64,000 nucleotides of DNA from an uncultured delta proteobacterium (GTDB lineage: Bacteria; Myxococcota; Myxococcia; Myxococcales; Myxococcaceae): positions 64,001 through 128,000 of the forward strand of contig CAVYSY010000025.1 of NCBI GenBank assembly GCA_963771175.1, in the 5' to 3' direction. This document shows positions 39,221 through 49,941 of this stretch, piece after piece. Both the position numbers and the translations under genes were made by a program. Positions within the stretch are counted from its first letter, which is position 1. Each line of letters starts with the position of its first letter. The notes below the pieces were generated by a model. It made no database searches, was not told where the DNA came from, and saw only the letters and a program-made list of their open reading frames with translations.

Positions 39221-39664
39221 TCAGACGACGTCGATGCCCATGGAGCGCGCGGTGCCAGCGATGGTGCGCATGGCGGCCTCCAGAGAACCGGCGGTCGTGT
39301 CGTCGATCTTCTTCTTGGCGATCTCCTCGAGCTGCTTCTGAGTGATCTGCCCCACCTTCTCCTTGCCCGGCTTCTTGGCGCCCGAGCCCTTCTTCTTCTC
39401 GGTGTGCAGGCCCGCCGCCTTCTTGATGAGGACGGCCGCCGGCGGCGTCTTCAGGATGAAGGTGAAGGAGCGATCCGCATACACGGTGATGATCACCGGG
39501 ATGATCAGACCCTCCTTGGCCTCCGCCTGGGTCTTGGCGTTGAACTGCTTGCAGAACTCCATGATGTTCACGCCCTGCTGACCGAGCGCGGGGCCGATCG
39601 GAGGAGCGGGGTTCGCCTTACCGGCGGGAATCTGCAGCTTGACCTGTCCTGTGACCTTCTTCAT
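39221..39664 (-). CDS. rplK: 50S ribosomal protein L11
   Basis: [31 protein letters not shown]. Confidence 0.98.
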   Translation of the reverse strand: MKKVTGQVKLQIPAGKANPAPPIGPALGQQGVNIMEFCKQFNAKTQAEAKEGLIIPVIITVYADRSFTFILKTPPAAVLIKKAAGLHTEKKKGSGAKKPGKEKVGQITQKQLEEIAKKKIDDTTAGSLEAAMRTIAGTARSMGIDVV

Positions 39665-39766
39665 CGGCTGACGACTGCCTTTCGAGACGGTGGTTATGAC
39701 GGGCCGCTTGACGGGCGACCCTCCCACCCTGGGTATCCCCGGTCTCTAGAGGACCGGGGAAGACTG

Positions 39767-40309
39767 CTAGCCGGTGGTCTTCTCCACCTGCATGAAATCG
39801 AGTTCCACCGGAGTGGCGCGGCCGAAGATGCTCACGAGCACCTTCACGCGACCCTTCTCCGCGTTGACCTCTTCCACCGTACCATTGAAGTTGGCGAAGG
39901 GGCCGTCGATGACGCGGACGGTGTCTCCGTCGGAGAACTGCACCTTGGGCTTGGGCTTGAGCGTGCCCTCGGAGATCTGGGAGGTGAGCCGGGCCACCTC
40001 CTTGTCCGAGATGGGCGTGGGCTGCTCGTTCTGGGCCGCACCGGGGAAACCGGTGATCTTCGGCGTGTTCTTCACCAGGTGCCAGGAGCGATCATTCAGC
40101 TCCATCTGCACGAAGATGTAGCCCGGGAAGAACTTGCGCCGGGACGTCTTCTTCTCGCCCTTCACCATCTCGACGACCTGCTCCATCGGAATCAGGATTT
40201 CGCCGAACAGGTCCTGCAACCCCTCGAGACGGATCCGCTCCTCCAGGCTCTTCTTCGCCTGGTTCTCGAAGTTCGAATAGGTGTGGACCACGTACCATTT
40301 CATCGCCAT
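39767..40309 (-). CDS. nusG: Transcription factor NusG
   Basis: [20 protein letters not shown] motif [21 protein letters not shown]. Confidence 0.98.
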   Translation of the reverse strand: MAMKWYVVHTYSNFENQAKKSLEERIRLEGLQDLFGEILIPMEQVVEMVKGEKKTSRRKFFPGYIFVQMELNDRSWHLVKNTPKITGFPGAAQNEQPTPISDKEVARLTSQISEGTLKPKPKVQFSDGDTVRVIDGPFANFNGTVEEVNAEKGRVKVLVSIFGRATPVELDFMQVEKTTG

Positions 40310-40752
40310 TACAGCTTCCCCCAGATGGCGGGTATCCACTCAACCATAAGGTTGTAGGCGAGAGTGTCGATGAAGAAGAGGAGGACGGCCGCCACCACGG
40401 AGGCGACGATGACCGCCACGGTCGACGCCTTGGTCTCCGCCCAGGAAGGCCAGGTGACCTTCATCAACTCGGAGGCGACCTCCAGCGAGAGGCCGTGCGT
40501 CTTGGGGTGCGCGTAGGCCGCCACCACCAGGCCCGCGGCCAGCAGGAAGCCCACCAAAGTGGAGACCTGCCAGTCGACGCCCTCGATGACGGTGGGATCG
40601 CTCCACCCTGCCCGAGCCCAGATGAGCCCGCAGACGTGCTCCAGGAAGAGCGCGAAGATGAGACCCGCGATGAGGTAGAAGATGACGACGAGCCGCTTCG
40701 GGTCCATGCCCGAACGATTCGCCTGCTGGCTGGCCTCGGATGCCGCTGCCAT
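40309..40752 (-). CDS. secE: Preprotein translocase SecE (3-TM form)
   Basis: [13 protein letters not shown] motif; three hydrophobic segments; between tRNA-Trp and nusG. Confidence 0.93.
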   Translation of the reverse strand: MAAASEASQQANRSGMDPKRLVVIFYLIAGLIFALFLEHVCGLIWARAGWSDPTVIEGVDWQVSTLVGFLLAAGLVVAAYAHPKTHGLSLEVASELMKVTWPSWAETKASTVAVIVASVVAAVLLFFIDTLAYNLMVEWIPAIWGKL

Positions 40753-40790
40753 GGTTCCTCGCTGACTGAGCGCTACCTGGTACCGAAAAC

Positions 40791-40829
40791 ACAGGGACCC
40801 CCGGTACGGGGGGTACCGGGGGTCCCTGT
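40791..40829. terminator. Long perfect hairpin between tRNA-Trp and secE
   Basis: ACAGGGACCCCCGGTAC..GTACCGGGGGTCCCTGT, a 17-bp stem. Confidence 0.55.
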
Positions 40830-40839
40830 AACTAACAAC

Positions 40840-40915
40840 TGGCAGGCCAGGAGGGATTCGAACCCCCAACACGCGGATTTGGAGACCGCTGCTCTACCGT
40901 TGGAGCTACTGGCCT
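40840..40915 (-). tRNA. tRNA-Trp (CCA)
   Basis: 76-nt cloverleaf AGGCCAG..CTGGCCT-G-CCA; anticodon loop CT-CCA-AA. Confidence 0.96.
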
Positions 40916-40942
40916 AGAGAACACCCGACTACAACAACCGAA

Positions 40943-41107
40943 CTAGACCTTACCTTCCTTATGGACGGTATGCTTCCGGTCGCGGGGGCAGTACTTGCTC
41001 AGCTCGAGCTTGTCCTGGCTCTTCCGCTTGTTCTTGGTGGTGTAGTAGTTCCGCTCCTTGCACTGCGTGCACTCGAGCGAAATGATGCTGCGATTACCTC
41101 TGGGCAT
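40943..41107 (-). CDS. rpmG: 50S ribosomal protein L33 (not in the ORF track)
   Basis: Translated by hand: [54 protein letters not shown]. Confidence 0.96.
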   Translation of the reverse strand: MPRGNRSIISLECTQCKERNYYTTKNKRKSQDKLELSKYCPRDRKHTVHKEGKV

Positions 41108-41203
41108 GGCTTGACTCGATAGGCACGAGGGGAAAGCTGCTTAGCACAGCTCCCCCCTCGGGGTTAACCACCAGTTGAGGCAGGCGCGAGGCCCGCCCGC
41201 CAA

Positions 41204-42394
<1,191 letters not shown>

Positions 42395-42411
42395 AACGCT
42401 CCTCGAAAAAA

Positions 42412-42487
42412 TGGAGCCCTGAACCAGGATTGAACTGGTGACCTCATCCTTACCAAGGATGCGCTCTGCCAACTGAGCTATCAGGGC
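42412..42487 (-). tRNA. tRNA-Thr (GGT)
   Basis: 76-nt cloverleaf; anticodon arm CATCC-TT-GGT-AA-GGATG; CCA end encoded. Confidence 0.96.
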
Positions 42488-42509
42488 TTGTAGACTTGAC
42501 CACTACAAC

Positions 42510-42586
<77 letters not shown>

Positions 42587-42594
42587 ATTGCTAA

Positions 42595-42678
<84 letters not shown>

Positions 42679-42766
42679 GCAACGCTGTACTCAACTACCG
42701 CACTACCACTGCTTCTTCCTACTGCTTTTTTCGTCCCGGGCCCTCATCCGCGGCCCCGTCCTACTT

Positions 42767-42839
42767 GGCCGGCGGCGGGACTTGAACCCGCGACCTACTG
42801 ATTACAAATCAGTTGCTCTACCGACTGAGCTACACCGGC
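42767..42839 (-). tRNA. tRNA-Thr (TGT)
   Basis: Cloverleaf GCCGGTG..CGCCGGC; anticodon arm ACTGA-TT-TGT-AA-TCAGT; full CCA not encoded. Confidence 0.95.
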
Positions 42840-42968
42840 ATCCACTCCGGCTGCTTTCCCCCGACCTGCCCTGCCCGCCGCTCGGGGCCGTCAACCGCCC
42901 GTCCCCGTCGAGGCGCGCCCTTTTAGAAGTCCCCGCCGCCCATGTCAAGGAGTTTGATCCGGACGGGT

Positions 42969-43844
42969 TCAACTTCCGGCAACGGGACGCGCCCCCCGCT
43001 GCCTGGCGGCCTCATATAGCAGAATCGCCGCAGAAACGGACGCATTCAGGGAACCCACCTGACCGAGCATCGGAATCCCGAGCCGGAAGTCACAGTGCTT
43101 GAGGACGCCCTCGCGCACGCCTGCTCCCTCGGCCCCCACCACCACCGCCAACGGTCCGTCCAGTCGAGCCCTCCACAGGGGCTCGCTCGACTCGGGGTCC
43201 GCCGCGGCGATCCACACCCCAGCCTCCTTCAGCTCCTCCAACGTCCGGGAGAGGTTGACCACCCGCGCGATGGGACAGTGCTCCACCGCTCCCGCGGAGG
43301 CCTTGGCCACCACTCCCGTCACCGGCACCGCCCTGTCCTTGGCGATGACCACCCCGTGCGCCCCCAGCGCATGCGCCGAGCGGATGATGGCCCCGAAGTT
43401 GTGCGGGTCCTGGATGCCGTCCAACACCACCAGCAGCGGCGGGCGACCACTCTTCTCGGCCGCCGCCAGCAGGTCCGGCACGTCCACGTACTCGAAGCCG
43501 CGCAGCTCGGCGATGATGCCCTGGTGCACCCCGCCGTCCGCCATCGCGGCCAGGCGCTCCCGAGGCACCCGCTCCACCCGGATGCCCGAATCCTTCGCCC
43601 GACTGAAGATCTCGGCCGCGGCCTTCGCGGCGAGCTGCCCCTCGGCGGTGAAGAGGCGCTCCACCCGCTCCGCGTGCGCCCGCAGGGCCTCGAGGACCGG
43701 GTTCACCCCGTACACGTAGCGCTCGCGGTCTCCACCGCGCTCGCCGCCCCCTCGCTCGGTGCGCTCGCGGTCTCCACCGCGCCCACGCTCACCGCGCTCA
43801 CTGTTCCTGGGCTCACTGCTGCTGGGAGAACGCTGGCGCGCCAC
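42969..43844 (-). CDS. rlmB: 23S rRNA Gm2251 2'-O-methyltransferase (TrmH/SPOUT family)
   Basis: YGVNPVLEAL, HQGI, LDGIQDPHNFGAIIRSA, VGAEG, SLNASVS; low-complexity R/G/E N-terminal extension. Confidence 0.93.
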   Translation of the reverse strand: MARQRSPSSSEPRNSERGERGRGGDRERTERGGGERGGDRERYVYGVNPVLEALRAHAERVERLFTAEGQLAAKAAAEIFSRAKDSGIRVERVPRERLAAMADGGVHQGIIAELRGFEYVDVPDLLAAAEKSGRPPLLVVLDGIQDPHNFGAIIRSAHALGAHGVVIAKDRAVPVTGVVAKASAGAVEHCPIARVVNLSRTLEELKEAGVWIAAADPESSEPLWRARLDGPLAVVVGAEGAGVREGVLKHCDFRLGIPMLGQVGSLNASVSAAILLYEAARQRGARPVAGS

Positions 43845-43847
43845 GGT

Positions 43848-44297
43848 CTAGAGAACCTCGACGGGGATGGAGAAGGTCTTCTGCTGCCGGGAGCACAGCT
43901 TCTCCGAGCAGATGAAGAAGGTGAGCTTCGCGTCCAGCGTGCCCTTGCCGGCCGCCGGGGCCTTGAACGGCACCTCGAAGCGCGGATCCACGAACTGCTG
44001 CCCCGCCGCCTTCTTCGTCACCGAGTCCGCCAGCGCCAGCTTCTCCTTGGCCGGCGACACCTGCGTGCCCTTGAGCTCCAGCTTCAGCGGCGCCTCGTCG
44101 GACACGTGGGCACCCGACTTGCTCTTGATGGACAGCACGAACACGCCCTCCTCCCCGGCCTTCACCTTGGTGGAGGTGCCCTCGGTGCTCACCTCGTACA
44201 GGGTGGTGGGATCCACCTGCCCCTCGGCCTGGACCTGGGCGCTGGCGAAGGCCACCATCGCGGCGGCCAGGGAGGTAATGCGTCGGAAGTTCAGCAT
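43848..44297 (-). CDS. Secreted Ig-like protein with CxxxxC (DsbD N-terminal-like)
   Basis: Signal peptide; C-terminal FFICSEKLC. Confidence 0.7.
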   Translation of the reverse strand: MLNFRRITSLAAAMVAFASAQVQAEGQVDPTTLYEVSTEGTSTKVKAGEEGVFVLSIKSKSGAHVSDEAPLKLELKGTQVSPAKEKLALADSVTKKAAGQQFVDPRFEVPFKAPAAGKGTLDAKLTFFICSEKLCSRQQKTFSIPVEVL

Positions 44298-44368
44298 GCT
44301 CGATCTCCTCGGCGGGACTCGGGCCCACCCTATAACCGACCCTCTGACGCCCGGGGACCTCTTTCTGT

Positions 44369-45335
44369 TCACGGCCTCCCCGTGGAGGCCTTGGACGGGC
44401 GCTTCCGTCGGGTCGCCACCGGCTCCGGCTCCGGCAGCCCCACCTTTGGGCCACCGGCCGCCAGCTCCTCCGCTCGCTGGATGATGATGCCGGCCAGGTC
44501 CAACCCCGTGGCCGCCTCCATCTCCGGGAGAGCCGGGGAGCTGTTCACCTCGAACACCTTGGGCTGCCCCTCCGCACGTCCAGCAGGTCCACCGCCGCCA
44601 CCTCGAGCCCCACCAGCCTCGCGGTCCTCTCGCGCCGCCAGCCGCTGCGCATCGCGTCAGCTGCGATGCGCTCCAAGCGGGCGCCGCGGTTCAGGGTGTT
44701 GGAGAGCCGGCCCACCCGCGGCCGGCGCCGCACCGCCGCCACCGCCTGGCCGCCGACCACGAGCACCCGCACGTCCTGCCCCGTGCTTCTCCACGTACTG
44801 CTGGACGATCAGGTTGTGGCCCAGCCCGAGGATGGCCTCCAGCGCCGCCTCGAGCGACTGGAGGCTCTCGCACACCATCACCCCGCGCTTCTCCTGGCCC
44901 TGCAGCAGCTTCACCAGCACCGGCACGCCGCCCACCAGCCGCACCATCGCCTTGAGGTCGCCCGCGTCGCGCGCCATCACCGTGGCCGGGATGTCGATGC
45001 CGTGCGCCGAGAGCAGCTGCAGCGAGCGCATCTTGTTGCGCGACTGCGGCGATGGCCCGCGCCGTGTTCACGCTGCGGCACCCCGCGCATGGCGAACTGG
45101 TTCACCACCGCGAGGCCGTAGTTGGTGATGGACTGGGCGATGCGCGGGATGACCACGTCGCACGGGCGACAGCTTGCGGCGGTGGTAGTAGAGGTTCGCG
45201 CCGCTGCCCGTCGAGGTGCATCTCCACCCGCACCGGGTTGAGCACCCGCACCTGGTGCCCGCGCGCGCGCGCCGCCTCGACCAGACGCTGGGTGGACGGA
45301 ATGGAGGCGGAGCGCGAGAGGATGGTGATCTTCAT
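44369..45335 (-). CDS. RimK-family ATP-grasp ligase; frameshifted
   Basis: MKITILSR..STQRL, DVVIPRI, RNKMRSLQLL, PVLVKLLQG, RVLVVGG, EVNSSP. Confidence 0.88.
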
Positions 45336-45401
45336 GGGCGGCCAGGGCAGGCGCCGGAGACATAGCCCCGGCCCCTCACCACGTAAAGCCGCCCCCGAGG
45401 A

Positions 45402-46643
45402 CTACCGGCGCTGCACAGCGCGAACTTCGATATCCACCGGATCCAGCGGCGTGGAGTTCTTGATGCGCGTGCACAGGTCGCCCTTGAACTCGATCCCACT
45501 GAGCGCCACGTTCAGGCGCCAAGCGGTGTCACTCGCCTCGACGCGCTCCTTGTTGATGTAGACGACCACCAGGCTCTCGGACGACGGGAGCTGCTCCGGG
45601 GGGATCTCCAGCAGGCAGGGATTGGCCGGACCAACTCGCGCGCTGATCGCCGCCAGGGCCGCCGCCAGCTCGGCCTGGTTGCCCGCCTGATAGAACTGGC
45701 GACGGCACAGCTTGGCGCCCGTATCGCACGTGTCACCCGTGCCACAGTCCGCATCCACGGCGCACTCGCGCGGGAAACCACCCGCCGTGGCCATCGCGTT
45801 GAGCACCACCGTCCCCGCCCCGGTGGCCGTATCCGCGCCGAAGCCGATGACGATGGTGCGGATGTTCTTGGCCCTCAGTTCCTTCACCGCCGCCTCCGAA
45901 CCGGTCTGGTCGAGGCAGCCCAACTGGTTGTACGGCGCGTCCTTGCACAAATCGGCACCGCCCAGCGTGCAGGTGCAGGGCTTCGAGATGTCGAACTTGT
46001 CGTTGCAGTTGGGCAGACCGTCCGTCAGCAGCAGGACGATGTCCTCGCGCCCCTCCACCTGCAGCTCCGGCAGCGACCCCAAGTAGCTGAGGCTCTGGCT
46101 GGTCGGGGTTCCGCCATACGGCCGGCCCGGGCCTCCGTTGGGGATGCCCTGGATCGCCACGTTCACCAGCGAGGCCTGGGAAATCAGCGAGTCATCATCC
46201 TCCGCCGTGGGCAGCGCATTGCGCAGCTTGGTGGTCGCGATGCCACACCCCGTATCCGCCGCGGCGATCTCCGGGTAGGTCGCCAGTCCTATGCGCGCCA
46301 CGCGGCCGTTGGTGGAAAGGAAGGTGTCCATCGCGCCCTTCAGCGCCCGCCAGCGCGTGGGGCACGACGTCGGGCACTCAAAGTCGCCACTGCAGATGCT
46401 GCCATCGGAGAGCTTGCAGGCCGCAAGGCTCGGATTCAGCGGCTCCGTCATCGAGCCCGACGTGTCCACCAGCAGCATCAGGTTGGGCTTGAGGGCACGG
46501 GCCTCGATCCTCGTCTCCACCGTCGTCTGGGAGACGGCGAGCGGCTCCACCGGCTCGAAGTCATAGGTCTGGCAACCGGCGGCGAGAACACCACCAAGGG
46601 CACCCACCGCAAGGGAGAGCAAGAGGGTCAGTTTGGCGCGCAT
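45402..46643 (-). CDS. cglB: Adventurous gliding lipoprotein CglB (VWA adhesin)
   Basis: Lipobox AAGC followed by QTYDFEPVEPLA; MIDAS DTSGS, GGTPT, LLTDGLPNC; Cys-rich. Confidence 0.9.
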   Translation of the reverse strand: MRAKLTLLLSLAVGALGGVLAAGCQTYDFEPVEPLAVSQTTVETRIEARALKPNLMLLVDTSGSMTEPLNPSLAACKLSDGSICSGDFECPTSCPTRWRALKGAMDTFLSTNGRVARIGLATYPEIAAADTGCGIATTKLRNALPTAEDDDSLISQASLVNVAIQGIPNGGPGRPYGGTPTSQSLSYLGSLPELQVEGREDIVLLLTDGLPNCNDKFDISKPCTCTLGGADLCKDAPYNQLGCLDQTGSEAAVKELRAKNIRTIVIGFGADTATGAGTVVLNAMATAGGFPRECAVDADCGTGDTCDTGAKLCRRQFYQAGNQAELAAALAAISARVGPANPCLLEIPPEQLPSSESLVVVYINKERVEASDTAWRLNVALSGIEFKGDLCTRIKNSTPLDPVDIEVRAVQRR

Positions 46644-46769
46644 AGATTAGAAGTCGCTCCTCGAATTCGAGCGCGGGCTCACCCCGCGCTCACTAGGGAC
46701 CGGCCCCGAAAGTCCGCAGAGGATACCCTCCACGGCACGCCCACGGCCAGCCATCAACGCAACGCCTCC

Positions 46770-47162
46770 CTAGAGGGCGAGGGTGCGTGCACCTTCCGTC
46801 AGTCTCCACAAGGACGCGAGCCCCATCACCTCGTCCAGCGTCCCCTTCAGCTCGTCCGGCGCGTATCCACAGATTCTTACCGTGGTGTCGCACGCCACCA
46901 GCTTCGCCCCCAGCCCCCTCGCCTCCTCCAGCATCCGCGCCGGGGGTGGCACCCCGAGCCCCTCCGCCCTCGCACTCTCCGACAACTCCTTCTCGCTGTG
47001 CGGCAGCCCGAAACTCCCCCGCACCAGCGCTCGCAGCGCGTCGAAGGCGAAGACAAAATACACCTCGTCCCCCATCGCCGCCGCGGTGATTCCCATCGAG
47101 GCCGCCTGAAACGCGGGCTCGTATGTGGCGTGCTGCAGGAAGAAGAAGACGCGTCCAGCCAT
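46770..47162 (-). CDS. DsrE/DsrF-like family protein
   Basis: AAAMGDEVYFVFAF, GAKLVACDTT. Confidence 0.8.
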   Translation of the reverse strand: MAGRVFFFLQHATYEPAFQAASMGITAAAMGDEVYFVFAFDALRALVRGSFGLPHSEKELSESARAEGLGVPPPARMLEEARGLGAKLVACDTTVRICGYAPDELKGTLDEVMGLASLWRLTEGARTLAL

Positions 47163-47323
47163 GGCCGCGCGACATACCGGGCGCGCCCAACGACTTCAAC
47201 CCAACGCCGCTACACTTCAAGAATCCACCATCAACGAAAGACACCCGGGGTGCGTCGAATCCACGGTGAGCTCCGGCCTATAACCAGGGCCCGTCGAAGG
47301 TCCGCAACCGAGGGAGCTCCCCC

Positions 47324-47971
47324 ATGTCCATCTCCCGGCCGCTCGTCTCCGCCCGCTCCGCCCCGTCCGCTCGCGGGTGGGGTGCCCGCCTGTTGCCGCC
47401 GTGCGCGCTCGCCGCGCTGCTCCTCACGGGCCCCCACCAGGCCGGTGAGGCCGCCGCGGCCAGGATGGCGCTCTCGGCCCCCAGCGCTCCGCGGCCCCAG
47501 GGGACGCTGCACGAGGAGATCCTCCGTCTGCTCGACAGCTCCGAGTCCTTCCCCCGCGAGTCGGATTGGGCCCCGCTCGGTCCCGAGGTCCTCTCCGAGC
47601 TCACCGGGCTCGCCAGCAACCCCAAGGTCCCCGAGCCGCAGCGCACTCGCGCCGTCGCCGCCATGGCCGTGGTCGCCCATCCCGAGGCCACCCAGCGACT
47701 CCAGGACCTCGCGCGCAACCCGGCCACTCCCTCCTCCGTGCGCGCCGCCGCGGCCCTGGCGCTCAGTCACCGCGTGGGACTCGAGGCCATTCCCCTGCTC
47801 ACCCCCCTCCTCGACGACCGGAGCGAGCCCGTGCGCGCCGCCGCGGCCCAGACCCTCGGGCGCGTGGGCGGGGCCGAGGCCCGGCGCATCCTCGAGGAGC
47901 GGCTGCCTCTGGAGGAGAGCCGGGCCGTGCGCGAGGCCATCCAGCAGGGGTTGATCCACATCGAGCCATAG
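47324..47971 (+). CDS. Secreted HEAT-repeat protein
   Basis: Hydrophobic N-terminus; repeats VRAAAALAL and VRAAAAQTLG. Confidence 0.8.
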   Translation: MSISRPLVSARSAPSARGWGARLLPPCALAALLLTGPHQAGEAAAARMALSAPSAPRPQGTLHEEILRLLDSSESFPRESDWAPLGPEVLSELTGLASNPKVPEPQRTRAVAAMAVVAHPEATQRLQDLARNPATPSSVRAAAALALSHRVGLEAIPLLTPLLDDRSEPVRAAAAQTLGRVGGAEARRILEERLPLEESRAVREAIQQGLIHIEP

Positions 47972-48035
47972 AGGGGCTCGCCGGCTTCGAGCCGCGGCGC
48001 TCGCTTCAGGCCCTGGCTTTCGTTAGATGGGGGCC

Positions 48036-48731
48036 ATGCGCCCCACCGTGCTCCTCTTCGACATCGATGGCACCCTCGTCACCACCGGAGGTGCCGGTCG
48101 CCGCTCCATGGAGCGGGCCTTCGAGCGACTCCACGGCCGCCGCGATGCCTGTGACTCATTCAGCATGTCCGGCATGACCGACCGGGCCATCGTCCGCAAG
48201 GCGCTCGAGATCCTCGGCGCTCCCACCTCCCCCGAGGCCATCACCGCCGTCATCGATGCCTACCTCGCCGCCCTCGCCGAGGAGGTGCCCCGCGTCGATG
48301 ACCGCGACTACCGCCTCCACCCCGGCATGCGCGAGGCGGTCAACGCCGCCCACGAACGCAAGGGCTTCGCCGTGGGGCTCGGCACCGGCAACGTGCGCGA
48401 GGGTGCCCGCATCAAGCTCGAGCGCGTCCGCATCCACGACCGCTTCTCCTTCGGTGGCTTCGGCTGCGACTCCGAGGACCGCGTCGAGCTCATCCGCCAC
48501 GGCGCCAGGAGCGGCGCCGCCCAGCTCGGCGTCCCCGTCGAGGAGTGCCGCGTCGTCGTCATCGGCGATACCCCCAAGGACGTCGCCGCCGCCCAGGGCA
48601 TCGGCGCCACCTGCATCGGCGTCGGCACCGGCAACTTCACCCCCGAGGCCCTCCTCGCCTCCGGTGCGGACCACGCCTTCCCCGACCTCACCGCCAGTGA
48701 AGCGCTCGCCGTCCTGCTCGACGGGCGCTGA
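48036..48731 (+). CDS. HAD-family hydrolase
   Basis: Motif I LFDIDGTL, TGN, motif IV IGDTPKD. Confidence 0.92.
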   Translation: MRPTVLLFDIDGTLVTTGGAGRRSMERAFERLHGRRDACDSFSMSGMTDRAIVRKALEILGAPTSPEAITAVIDAYLAALAEEVPRVDDRDYRLHPGMREAVNAAHERKGFAVGLGTGNVREGARIKLERVRIHDRFSFGGFGCDSEDRVELIRHGARSGAAQLGVPVEECRVVVIGDTPKDVAAAQGIGATCIGVGTGNFTPEALLASGADHAFPDLTASEALAVLLDGR

Positions 48732-48812
48732 ACCGGGCTCTCTCTTCCGGCTCCCCCGCCCCGGGTGTGGTATCTCGGCCGTCCCGCCCCGGACCCGAGG
48801 AGGCCCCACCCC

Positions 48813-49904
48813 ATGTCGCTGTCCACCCTGGAAGCCTACGATCTCGTCCGTTTCGCCGAGGCCTTCGACTCCCGCCTCGCCGCCGCCGATGAGCTGCTCG
48901 CGGGCCGCTCGGGCCTGGAGCGCGAGAAGGAGTGGCTCGCCACCGCCCTCCAGATCGTCCGCACCGAGCGTGCCCCCGCCACCTCCATCCTGGAGAAGGT
49001 CCGCGACCTGCCCGAGCTCGAGGAGGTCCGCGAGGAGTTCGCCTTCACCCTCCAGAACGTCTGGGTCGACACCCTCGAGAAGCTCCACGCCGGCATCACC
49101 TTCTGCGCCAGCAGCCGCGCCCCCGTCATCGAGGCCCTCTTCCCCCACCTCAAGTTCCCCCAGCTCCGCCGCGCCTCCCGCGAGGCCCTCCAGGAGTTCG
49201 TCGCCAACTACGAGCGCCGGCTGAAGTCCTCCTACGTCTCCCGCATCCTCGCCCGCGACGACTTCTCCTTCGTCCGCCCCGTGCTGGAGCAGGTCGCCTC
49301 CACCTGGTCCCAGTGGCAGGCCTGCTTCGTCCCCGTCCAGCTCCCCCATGAGCAGGCCGCTCCCCTTCGTGCCGAGCTCATCTCCCTCGGCAAGAGGCTG
49401 GACCTCGCCCTCCGCCAGGCCCGGTGCCTCGCCGAGGCCGCCCTCGCTCCCATCCCGGATGCCTTCGAGAACGCCGGCCTCGCCGCCAAGCCGCGCAGGC
49501 GCGCCGCTCGCGGACTACCCTTCATGGAGGCCCCCGAGGCCAGCGTCGTCCCCGAGGAGGCCAGTGTCACCGAGGAGGTCGCCCCCCTCGCGAGCGACTC
49601 CGTCGAGCCCAGTGCCGCCGAGCTGGCGGAGCTCGCCGCGCTCTCGGAGCCGGGTTCCCCGGAGCTGGTCACCGAGGCCGCTCCCGAGGCGACTCCCGCC
49701 CCCGAAATGGCCGCCACCGCTCCCGAGGCCCAGCCAGCTCCCGAGCCTCCTCCCGCCGCCCCCGCCGCCGAGCCTCCTCCCGTCGAGCCCGCCGAGGCCT
49801 CGGCTTCGGAGACCCCTCCCGAGGCGAAGTCCGCGCCCAAGACGCCCTCCAAGCGAGGGCGCAAGAAGGCGGATTCCAAGTCCTCCTCCTCCGAATCCGT
49901 CTGA
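48813..49904 (+). CDS. Hypothetical helical protein with a disordered Pro/Ala/Glu tail and basic end
   Basis: Long ORF with typical codon usage; no family recognised. Confidence 0.75.
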   Translation: MSLSTLEAYDLVRFAEAFDSRLAAADELLAGRSGLEREKEWLATALQIVRTERAPATSILEKVRDLPELEEVREEFAFTLQNVWVDTLEKLHAGITFCASSRAPVIEALFPHLKFPQLRRASREALQEFVANYERRLKSSYVSRILARDDFSFVRPVLEQVASTWSQWQACFVPVQLPHEQAAPLRAELISLGKRLDLALRQARCLAEAALAPIPDAFENAGLAAKPRRRAARGLPFMEAPEASVVPEEASVTEEVAPLASDSVEPSAAELAELAALSEPGSPELVTEAAPEATPAPEMAATAPEAQPAPEPPPAAPAAEPPPVEPAEASASETPPEAKSAPKTPSKRGRKKADSKSSSSESV

Positions 49905-49941
49905 AGCAGGCCCCTCGGTCCACCGTTAAGAGGAATCGGCC

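Noticed and set aside
39734..39760. Hairpins between nusG and rplK, and others after tuf and rplA
   Set aside because: Ordinary terminator or processing stems of the ribosomal-protein operon; nothing unusual could be supported.
43719..43782. 22-bp direct repeat in the rlmB 5' region
   Set aside because: It encodes a low-complexity RGGDRER N-terminal extension; ordinary slippage duplication.
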